Below are positions 53,541 through 64,000 of a DNA stretch of 64,000 nucleotides, piece by piece (the first letter of the stretch is position 1; each line of letters begins with the position of its first letter). The translations under genes and the position numbers were made by a program. Where the stretch lies: NCBI GenBank assembly GCA_951406725.2, contig OX597820.1:52886001-52950000 (forward strand), read 5' to 3'. The notes below the pieces were generated by a model. It was not told where the DNA came from, ran no database searches, and saw only the letters and a list, made by a program, of their open reading frames with translations. The stretch comes from Octopus vulgaris. Lineage: Eukaryota.

Positions 53541-53804
53541 CACTCCGTCGGTTACGACGACGAGTGTCCCAGCTGATACATTCATCGGAACAGCTTGATC
53601 GTGAAATTAATGTGCAAGTGGCTGAGCATTCTACAGACACGTGTACCTTAACGCAGTTATCAAAGAGATTCGCGTGACACAAAATGTGACAAGCAGTACT
53701 CATTTTTGCCAGCTGAGAGGACTGGAGCAACGCGAAATAAGGTGTCTTGCTCAAGGACAGAAAGCGTCGTCGCCTGAATGCCGTAAACACTGAGCCATGC
53801 ACCT

Positions 53805-53807
<3 letters not shown>
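53541..53807 (-). mobile_element. SINE family C
   Basis: Reverse complement of the 5886-6204 type. Confidence 0.75.
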
Positions 53808-53859
<52 letters not shown>

Positions 53860-53939
53860 TATATTTGTGAGTTAACAAGGCTACCAATGATTTCATATAA
53901 AAGAAGAATCTTGATGATTATTAAACTGGCACAAGGGAA

Positions 53940-54620
53940 CGTTTTTACTCATAGCCATTTTGAATTAGACGAGTACCAACGTTCTCCTGTGACAGGCTTG
54001 ATAATTGTTATAAGATTCCTCTTTACATGTACAGAAAAGGACAATGACGTATAGTGGAGAGACAGCTCGTAGCATCGGTGAAAGGATAATTGAAAACTGG
54101 TGGGAATTCAAAGAGAGGAAAACCTCGTCAGTGCTATAAGAACATGCTAAACTACAGAATGCACATTCGGTAGATGACATAGATGTTAGAATCTTATCGA
54201 CACATAGCCCAGACACTGCTTTCAGAAAGATTAAGGAGGCCACACACATAAGAGAAAACAAACCCAGCTTTAACAGGAAACGTAAATGGAATAACACGTG
54301 CCACTACCCCGCAACTCGACGACTAAAGACAATAATAAATAAATAATTAGATGGGTACAGTGTAATATACAAACACTTATACACATACACATGGCACACA
54401 TATCCATACCTAACTCGGACACGCACAAGTACAGGCGTAAACGCATTCGCAGATAGGATTACACACCAAAGACAAAATGGAACAGAAAGTCACTGAAGAG
54501 GTCACAAGATGTGTGACGAAAGAACTCGGATAATGAATAGTGCGTGTGCTTATTGGCAAAAGGAAAAAAGAAAATAACCATACCCAAATCTAACAATATT
54601 TTTTAATTTACATTTACAAC
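53940..54620 (+). mobile_element. PLE 3' end: GIY-YIG C-terminus plus 3' UTR hammerhead (54489-54531)
   Basis: YSGETARSIGERI.E...SSVL*EH...ILST....FRKIKEATHIRENKPSFNRK, then CTGAAGA-G-GTCACA/TGTGAC-GAAAG-AA-CTC. Confidence 0.8.
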
Positions 54621-54908
54621 TTTACTAATGTGCAGCAAGGGCGATGAATGAACACTATCATTTGTGAATTTCCTGCGATTTTTCAGATTAAAATTTCAAC
54701 GAATTCAACTTTGCATTTCACTCATCCGATATTCTAGGCTAATGTTGAAGTGCAAACCTCTCTCCTTCTCTCTTCCTCTCTGTCTCTTGCTACCTCCTGT
54801 CCCCACTCTCTTCGCTTCCTAGTTTTCCCCCTTTCCTTGACTCTCTTCCCCCCTCCTTCTTACTAACTCTCTCCATCCATCCCTCTCTCTGCCTCACCCT
54901 TTTGCTCG

Positions 54909-54944
<36 letters not shown>

Positions 54945-55154
54945 TTGACTTTTCTACTGGGCTATGGCTAAGAGAGTCGAATAGGTGACTGTCTCTCCTC
55001 ACAATTAAATGGGGACCGAAAACACATAAGCAAAATATTTGGGAGAAGCCGATGCTAAGTCATTCTCGATTGTGAGCAACATTCGATATTTCGCTGCGCT
55101 GCATTTATTTACGGTCAATTTCATTCATTTTGTTGATGCTGCACGCACGCGCGC

Positions 55155-55209
<55 letters not shown>

Positions 55210-55800
55210 TATGTAAGTATATATATATACCTACATGTGTGTATATATACATACACAGAGGGAAAGAGACTGAGAGATATGACTACACGAGAACAATCAA
55301 AGAATGGGAAACCAGAATGTAATGTGACCACTGGCAGAGAAATCAAGCAAACACACTTACATTGAAAGACAGTATATTACAAGAATAACAGAATATAAAA
55401 AGCAATTAGACGCTTTTTAGGAAATAACGTCTGGCCTCAATAGACCGGAAGATATAATCGCGACACAGAGAATAATATAAGCTCTACAGTGAAATTTAAT
55501 ACTCTTACATATATAAATATTCAATATAGATTAGAGACGGAAAGAAAATATCTGTTTCTTATATAATCATAAGAATTAATATTTATAATGAAAGAGAAAT
55601 GAAAATATAAATTATGTGATTATAGTGCGTTTACGGAACCATGTAATAAGGATTGCTACAAACATATACATAACCATGAGATATAACATTACCATTACAA
55701 AAGTGTAGCAAGTGCTTGAAAGGCTAAGCATTATTATACTTGCAAAATGTACACACACGGACACTCACACACTTATATACATACATACGTGCATACGTAC

Positions 55801-55888
<88 letters not shown>

Positions 55889-55902
55889 GTGTGTGTATGT
55901 GT

Positions 55903-56155
55903 GGAGGCGCGTGGCTTCGTGCTTAGGGTGTCAGCATCATGATCATAAGATTATGGTTTCGATTCCTGGACCGGGCGACGCGTTGTGTTCTTGAGGAAAA
56001 CACTTCATTTCACGTTGCTCCAGTCCCCTCAGCTGGCAAAAATGAGTAACGCTGCGATGGAGTGGCATCCCGTCCAGCTGGGGAACACATACGCCATTGA
56101 AACCGGGAAACCGGGCCCATGAGCCTGGCTAGACTTTAAAAGGGCGCATTTATTT
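55903..56155 (+). mobile_element. SINE family C variant
   Basis: GGAGGCGCGTGGCT head, GTTTCGATTCC B box, CORE-like block, different 3' tail. Confidence 0.8.
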
Positions 56156-56339
56156 ATCTTATATACAGATAAGTTACAGAATATAACTGCTAAACTGATG
56201 ATCTAAGCACAAGGAGTTATAGCAAGACTCACTCCCCTTCCCAGAATAAAGGTAAGAATACAGCAACCACTAATAAACCTTGAACTGCAAATAAAACTAG
56301 AAGGGATAGAAGGAAAGAAGACATTGAAAAAATTCATTA

Positions 56340-56800
56340 AACTCTTCTTACTGCACGTAGTGATGGACATTCAGAGTATCTATTTCTAAGTTACTCTATA
56401 CGTTATCCCAACATAAAATATTTAACTCATACACAAACGCACTGTTAAGTTATGGAGCCCACCACACCATACATGCCGTAGAATATTGTACGATGAATAA
56501 TAGGAAGTTATGCGCTAACATAACTTTGTAACAGAACATAGTTATCTCAATTCTAGCCAATGTAATCCTAGCAGTTCGCGATAACAGGACATACAGAGAA
56601 ACATACGGATCTAAGTTAGGTTCGACAGTCAGTAATGATGCCACTCCTAACGAGTCTTCTCTAACCACATTCCAATGAAATTGTAGAATTCCAAATGAAG
56701 GTCCTAACCAGTGCCTTAGAAAGGCCTCATTACATAAGCGCCACATGGTCTCAGTTTAAACGAGGAATTTACAATCATGTGTAATCATTTAAGAACCCAT
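56340..56800 (+). pseudogene. decayed PLE RT relic
   Basis: VMDIQSIYF (D..SLY motif) and NRTYRETYGSKLGSTVS (Y.Q..G..MGS..S motif). Confidence 0.45.
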
Positions 56801-57007
56801 GCAAATGCAAAATTGCACCATTAGCTGAATTGATATGGGACTTAAAAATGAGAGGTTCCTATATATTATTGTTATCAATGATATTATTATTGCTGAACCT
56901 AGATTTTAGCTCATTTCTTACTGCCTTTATCCGTTGCTATGTTTTTCTTTTACTTTTTTTCACATTTATCGTACTCTAGTGTTTATACTTCATTGTTATT
57001 TAATTTT

Positions 57008-57041
<34 letters not shown>

Positions 57042-57101
57042 CCATCATCATTATAATCATTAGTAGTAGTATTATTATCATTATTATTATTGTTATTATT
57101 A

Positions 57102-57153
<52 letters not shown>

Positions 57154-57230
57154 AGGCAATGATCTGGCAGAAGTAGGGTACACCAAGCACATGCATCAAA
57201 GACATGTGCGTGACATGGTGATCTCATACA

Positions 57231-57493
57231 AAATTCCTTTACTTTCGACATATGTTTCGAAGACTGCATACTCTTAATTCCGAAGGAATGAAGGTTGCAT
57301 TATGCCGTCTTCTCATCAGGAAATACAAGGAACCTCTATCAGCCTCAAGCCGAACAAAAGCTTCTTAATGACTGCCTACATGTAGGTAGTCATTAAGAAG
57401 CTTTTGTTCGGAATTAAGAGTATGCAGTCTTCGAAACATATGTCGAAAGTAAAGGAATTGTGTTAAAATCTTCGTTCCGACTCCATTCTTTAC

Positions 57494-57500
<7 letters not shown>
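57231..57500. mobile_element. young non-coding fold-back PLE derivative
   Basis: Outer arms 57232-57284 and 57407-57459 are identical. Inner loopless hairpin at 57350-57411. Tail runs into (TA)n. Confidence 0.85.
57243..57323 (-). ncRNA. intact type I hammerhead ribozyme
   Basis: TTTC-CTGATGA-GAAGAC(GGCATA...TATGCA)GTCTTC-GAAAC-ATAT-GTC-GAAA. All core nucleotides are canonical and stem III is palindromic. Confidence 0.88.
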
Positions 57501-57557
<57 letters not shown>

Positions 57558-57559
57558 TA

Positions 57560-57704
57560 TATAATAATAAATATTAGGGAATAAATCCAAATTTACAGGG
57601 AAAAATCAGATTTAGGATTGAATCCAATTTTATAGTAAAATATTATATAATATGAATTAGAGACAAAACCACTATTTTGCAAATCAAACAAGGAAAGACT
57701 TATG

Positions 57705-57771
<67 letters not shown>

Positions 57772-58216
57772 ATATATAATTTTAAAATAGGATAAAATCT
57801 TTATATGCATTTATCAAGTTGTTATCAAGCGTGAAAAACCTCATAAGGGAAAAATTTATTAATTATTCCCTTTAAATATATTTTTTATATTAAGGGCATT
57901 ACTATACATAAATGCCTTACGCTATAAGGGATTCTTCAAATCAAATCTACCATAATGTATATTTTAGCGTATTATGTATGTGTGTACGTGTGTGGGGGCA
58001 TGTGTGTGTGACTGTGTGTATGTGTATGTATGTATGTATGTATGTATGTATGTATGTATGTATGTATGTATGTATGTATGTATGTATGTATGAATGGATG
58101 GATGGATGTATGTATGTATGGATGGATGTAGTTGTATGTATGAATGCATGTTTATCATGGTAGTTTTGACTTTAAGAGTCCCTCCTAGTGTGAGGCATTT
58201 ATGTATAGTAATGCCT
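57560..58216 (+). repeat. unclassified microsatellite-interrupted repeat with inverted end (57893-57953 / 58158-58216)
   Basis: Inverted similarity around (TATG)n. Same family as 22978-23310. Confidence 0.6.
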
Positions 58217-58248
<32 letters not shown>

Positions 58249-59001
58249 AATCAGCATACTTCAAGATTTAATTTCATAATACTGTTTTTCAGAAAGTTCA
58301 GTAAGTTCGCACTTAAATATAGATATTAGTGCAGAAATGTTGTAGTAATCAAACGCAAAAACACAAATCCAGAGATAGATATTAAATTAGATAAGTATTA
58401 TAAAACGAAACATAAGTTTCAATTTTGTAATCAACCAAAATATTCGTCTGTGCAATAAGGTCTATATATGGAGATGTCTTTCTTTTCTTATGCAGCTGTA
58501 GTTATCGCTAAATGAAAGTGAAGCAAAAAGAAAGAAATCTAAGCAGAATGATTACATTATTAGAAGAAAAAAGCATTCGTATATAAACAAGCCTTAGAAA
58601 AACTACTAAAAAAAACTGAATTTTAAAATTGAAAATCACTTATACTTATTCTCATACGCATACACGCATACATACACACATACATACACACGTACGTACA
58701 TACATACATACATACATACACACATAGATGTACAAACAAACATACATACAGACACTTACACAGACACACACACATACTCCCACACGTAGCCACACATACA
58801 TAATACATACATACATACGCTAATATATACATACACACATTATATATATATGTATATGCACATACATATATACATACACACACATACACACACGCACGAT
58901 TACATACATACATATATTTACACACATACAGACATAGAAACATACATACGAAGTACATACATACGCATATACATACATACGTACATACATACATACATAA
59001 A

Positions 59002-59035
<34 letters not shown>

Positions 59036-59754
59036 CACACACACGTATTTTTTTATCAGATAAATTCGTTACTCTCTTTCTAATTAGTTTTGAATTAACA
59101 CAAAACATATTTTTATCGTAATATTTTATATTTGTGGCTGTTTCCATCCTCAACATCCTTTGTTTATCGTTTCTGAAGTTCTCATAAATTTTACTTCTTT
59201 TCAGACAGTTGACGATGGATGCCAAACTAGAAAACATTTTCGCCACCTGTTTCTCTCCCTGGTAGTCCATGACCTAAAGCTGCCAAATCCACTCCAGACT
59301 TCTGCGCTGAGTGCGGCGAAGCTGTTATTATTTTTGAAAACACAAAAAGCTTTCAAACCTCAAAAAGAGGAAATTTTACCTTACAGTTTATTGGCTTTCC
59401 GGCCTGAAACTTCACTTCAATAAGCATCGATCGAACGAGCTAAACTACGGAGATCCATGCCAATCCCATTGCAGATTGGTGCATCAGATGAGAGGATTTC
59501 TTTATACCATCGCCCATCACCTACACTCGCTGAGTGTCTAAAAACCCGGCGCATGAGTGCCACACGATCTGAACGAATGATACATACTTCGTTACGTATT
59601 AAATTAAAATGGGAAAAAACTGAAACTGAACGAATTCCTCTCTCTCTCTCTGTCTCTCTCTCACTTTCTCTCCCTTACACGCACACACACACGCACACAT
59701 AGATATGTTAAATTCTATGTCATATATAGTAGTAATAGTAACAGCACTGCTGCG

Positions 59755-59820
<66 letters not shown>

Positions 59821-60063
59821 GCTACTGCTGCTGCTGCTGCTGCTACCACAGCCTTTATCTATTAAATAGTCTTAGTCTGCTTTTAATTACATAAAAAAAT
59901 TTGGTTAGTAAAGTTACGATGGTGTAACAGAGAAATGTGTATAAGATATATATGTGCGTATGTATGTGTGTGTGTATGTATATATGTGTTATATAAATTA
60001 TTTATATACATATATGTATATATATATTTACATAAATTATATATACATAAATATATATATACA

Positions 60064-60104
<41 letters not shown>

Positions 60105-60428
60105 GGATGTAGAAAAAGATGTTCGTAAAAAATAGTACCACGAGAATGACGATATTATATCCTCATAAGTAGGATTGTCTAGGAATTCTGCAATCGCTGC
60201 GAATTTTTTTTTCACTTTTTTCAGAATTACGTTAGAAATGAAATGAATATTTAAGTTTTCGTTTTCTCACATGAACTATACAATGTGAGAAGTTAAATAG
60301 TAGCTAAGGGATTTCACTAAAAATTTATGCGAAACAGCACATTCGTTTTTGAATAGTTTCCTACGCTCTCAAACATGTATTGATAACTCATGCTTCCATT
60401 TATACGTCCAAATATGCGTATATATATG

Positions 60429-60504
<76 letters not shown>

Positions 60505-62350
60505 CAGGCATACCTCGACTACGCCGGTTTTCAAAAATAATTTAGGGAAAAATAAAAATTAAGTTAAGTCATTTTACTCGACTTTACGTCTGTCCGCCAC
60601 AGATATTGGAATCGTAAAATCACTACAAAACCGTTAAAAGCACATACTGTACAATAAATAAGATTTATTTAGGATTAGTCGGACAACACATTAAGGACAA
60701 GATTTGAAGCCCCAGGGGTGAAGAATATTCTCATCAATAAGATAAGATGCAAAATCTTTGAAGAAATGGAAAGTCTTCTTTCTCATTGGATTGTTAGGTT
60801 GAGTCGTCAGCGTGCTACTATTATTCAAGAAATCATTCAAGAGAAAGCGTTGTCTTTGGGGACTGATAAAAAGTCAAGGATGGTTCATGAGATTTAAAGA
60901 GCGAAGAAGTTATCACTCTATAAAGAAGCAGGGTGAAAGTTCATCAGCTGACGAACAAGCAGCAGCGAAATTTCCTAATGCATTAAAGAAAATCATCGAA
61001 GAAAACGGGTTTCTTCCTCAACAGATTTTTAACGTAGACGAGACTGGATTGTATTGGAAAAAATTGCCGACCGTTCGTTCATTTCCAAAGAGGAGAAAAC
61101 TATTCCAGGCTACGAAGTCTTAAAAGTAGTGTGACCATTATTTTGGGAGGTAATGACGCAGGAGATTTTAAGTTAAAGCCAATGCTTGTGTGGCATGCAC
61201 ACAACCCGCATGCTCTGAAGCACATACCCAAGGCATCTCTCCCTGTTATATGGATGGCTAATTCAAAAGCATGGATTACTGTTGTTGATTTTGAAGATTG
61301 GTTCTTCTATCATTTATCCCAGCAGCAGAGAAATACTGTAAGGAGAACGGAATTCCTTTTAAGGTTTTACTTATCTTAGATAATGCTCCTGGCCACGCGC
61401 AAAGCATCGTAGACTTTGACCCCAACGTTACCGTCATATACCTCCCTCAGAACACCACGTCTCTTCTGCAGCCAATTGATCAGGGAATAATTGCTATCTT
61501 TAAGTGTTACTATATGAAGCGCACGCTGCGGCAAGCAATAGCTGCAATGGATCTTGATGAGTCCATCACACTTCCTGACTTTTGGAAGAGATACTATATC
61601 TACAAGACTGTACAGAACATAGTAGCGGCATGGAATGATGTACGGAGCACGGCTATGAATGGAAGAAGCTTTGCCTGCAATTCGTGAATGATTTTAAGGG
61701 GATTGATAATGTTGCCATCAACGAAATGTTGGTGACTACAAGCAAAGAACGGGAAATGTATTTGGAGGAGGAGGATTTTACAAATTTATTTGAAAAAGAC
61801 AAGCAGCCCCATACGAACGGGGATTTGATAGAGATCCACGAGGAGCAATATAAGGAAGAGAGGAAGTCGAACTTGAAGCAAGCATTTGCATATATCGAAA
61901 AAGGTCTTTTTATGTTCGAGGATAGGGATCCAAATGCTCAACGCTTTTCCAAGATTATGGGGGTTTGTCACGAAGCTTTAGCTCCTTATAATGTAATCCT
62001 TGAGGAAAAGATGACAGCTCAAGGAACTCTCAACCGGGTTTTTTTAAGCGCATCGAACAACAAGAACAGCCAGAGTCAGCTGTTGATGTTGACGATCCAC
62101 AGCCATCTCCATCCGCAATGTAAACTACCAAATTGCTTTTACGTATTGGTACATTTAAAATAATTTAGTTATTTGTTTTTACTATTGCAATATAATAATA
62201 GTGAATTTGTTTTTTAAGCTTAAAAGAAGCTTTTATTTTACCATATCTTATTGAAAACGGCATTCATAAATAAAGTGTCCGCGATGTAGGGTAAACATCG
62301 CCAAATTGCATTCGTAAATTTAGATTATATTTCTTTTACTATACAGTATT
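60505..62350 (+). mobile_element. Tigger/pogo-like DNA transposon (TIGD1-like DDE transposase), decayed, 3' TIR not found
   Basis: TA|CAGGCATACCTCG TIR. Motifs SQGWF.RFK.R, GESSSAD, QIFNVDETGLYWK, LLILDNAPGH and NTTSLLQPIDQGII. Confidence 0.9.
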
Positions 62351-62420
62351 GAAAAATAAAAGTTATTTTTTGTAAACTTAAAATGGGTTTTATTAACCAT
62401 GTATTATATTAACCTATTAT

Positions 62421-62750
62421 GGCGCATGGCTCAGTGGTTAGAGCGTCGAGCTTACGATCGTGAGGTTGTGAGCTCGAATCCCGGACCGGGCTGCGTGTTG
62501 TGTTCTTGAGCAAGGCACTTTATTTCACGTTGCTCCAGTTCACTCAGCTGTAGAAATGAGTTGCGACGTCACTGGTACCAAGCTGTATCGACCTTTGTCT
62601 TTCCCTTGGATAACACTGGTGGCGTGGAGAGGGGAGGCTGGCATGCATGGGCGACTGCTGGTCTTCCATAAACAACCTTGCCCGGGCTTGTGTCTAGGAG
62701 GGTAACTTTCTAGGTGCAATCCCATGGTCATTCATGACCGAAGGGGGTCA
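62421..62750 (+). mobile_element. SINE family C variant, young
   Basis: GGCGCATGGCTCAGTGGTTAGAGCG...GAGCTCGAATCCC tRNA-like head and CORE-like block. Confidence 0.85.
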
Positions 62751-62757
62751 AACAAGA

Positions 62758-62857
<100 letters not shown>

Positions 62858-62999
62858 CATACATAGATACACGCATTTGTTGACCGATGAGAATGAGCAT
62901 TCAACATCGAATTGATGGATAAATTTTCTTTTTCTGTGTATTAAGAGCACCATTGGCTTCATGTTAAGAAAAAATATCTAAATATCTTAAAAGTCATTC

Positions 63000-63560
63000 T
63001 AGCCGACCACGTGGAGGAATGGTGTTTGTCTCCATTTTCGATAAATGCACAAAGTCTCGTGAGTTCACCGAGTTTCTCATAAAGAAAACAATAATATAAG
63101 GGGAGCTAGTCTTGGATGACATCTTTTGAGTGGTTATCTCCTTTCGATTTGACTTCTGAGATGGTAAATTTATTTGCATTATCGTATAATTTATTCTGGG
63201 TATATGTGATGTTTATCATGGGGGAATATTTCTTCTGTGTGTGAAGCTGGTGTGTTGTGAATATTAAATTTTCACACCCAGGGAAACAAGATATACTTGT
63301 CGGGTTAGCAGCGCAGGTGGTGGTTCTTCTTTGAATGGCCTAAGTGTGAAATATTACTTTTGTCTGCAGAGAGAAAATATTTCATCCCTAATATTTAAGA
63401 TATCTGTTGATCGTATGATATTTAGCTTTTCAGTTATACTGAGTTCACATTTGCTACCTCGCCCTCTGTTTTGGCGTTAGCAATGATGTTCCATTTTATC
63501 TGGAGGTTACTTATTATCCCTTCTTTCAATGTCCATATCATAGTGGATACGGATGTTGCA
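63000..63560 (-). pseudogene. PLE GIY-YIG C-terminus plus 3' UTR relic
   Basis: TSVSTMIWTLKE...IKWNIIANAK...CELSITEKLNI...LNIRDEIFSLCRQK. Confidence 0.7.
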
Positions 63561-63562
63561 TA

Positions 63563-63615
63563 CGTTCTGAGTTCGAATTCCGCCGTGGTGGACTTTGCCT
63601 TTCATCCATTTGGGA
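63563..63615 (+). mobile_element. SINE family B fragment
   Basis: GTTCTGAGTTCGAATTCCGCCG..GACTTTGCCTTTCATCC. Confidence 0.7.
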
Positions 63616-64000
63616 TCTTTTCAATTATATGTACAGATTAAGTTTTATTTTTTTTACTAAACACTTTCAAACTTCCTATACTGGTAGAATGTGTGACGTA
63701 GAACAGGGTTTACTCTTTAATGTTTTTGACAAAATTTTTCATTTTAGAAGTTATTTCGTCAGAAGTTACAAAGTGACAATGGACAAATTCGTGTTTGATA
63801 CACGAAACACTCAGCTTTTGACTTACTCTCTAACTTCTGCCGATAATATATATATACCTGGTCGCTCAAAACGCTTAAAAATAGCAGCCAAAGTATCCCC
63901 CTACCTAACTCACACGCCCATTGTATGTTATGTCCTAGATCATCACTAAATAGACGGTTTGCTGAAAGCTGGAATTTCTTTAATGATAGGTTTGCAGTAT

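Noticed and set aside
62421-62490. tRNA gene
   Set aside because: The tRNA-like head lacks a proper acceptor stem and continues into a SINE body found elsewhere in the window.
63050-63095. Hammerhead downstream of the 63 kb GIY-YIG relic
   Set aside because: Too degenerate (CTTTATGA...CGAGAC) to support.

Overview
AT-rich eukaryotic DNA saturated with microsatellites. The tRNA-derived SINE families look like those of octopus/cephalopod genomes, but this is pattern recognition and was not verified. I found no host protein-coding exon, tRNA, rRNA or CRISPR array that I can support, and nearly all listed ORFs are translations of (TA)n, (CA)n or trinucleotide repeats. The window is a transposon graveyard. 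It holds three tRNA-derived SINE families, non-autonomous Helitron-like elements, R4/Dong-type RLE LINEs, two hAT relics, a full-length mariner, a Tigger/pogo relic and MITEs. Penelope-like elements (PLEs) dominate: one near-intact 5'-truncated RT+GIY-YIG element with an inverted pseudo-LTR (6797-9620), at least seven further RT or endonuclease relics, and about a dozen hammerhead-ribozyme (HHR) motifs. Several HHRs sit in short non-coding fold-back elements inside or beside microsatellites. In these, one arm carries a complete ribozyme and the other only its 3' half (clearest at 57231-57500 and 22008-22345). This recurrent HHR/fold-back architecture is the best candidate for an under-described system here.
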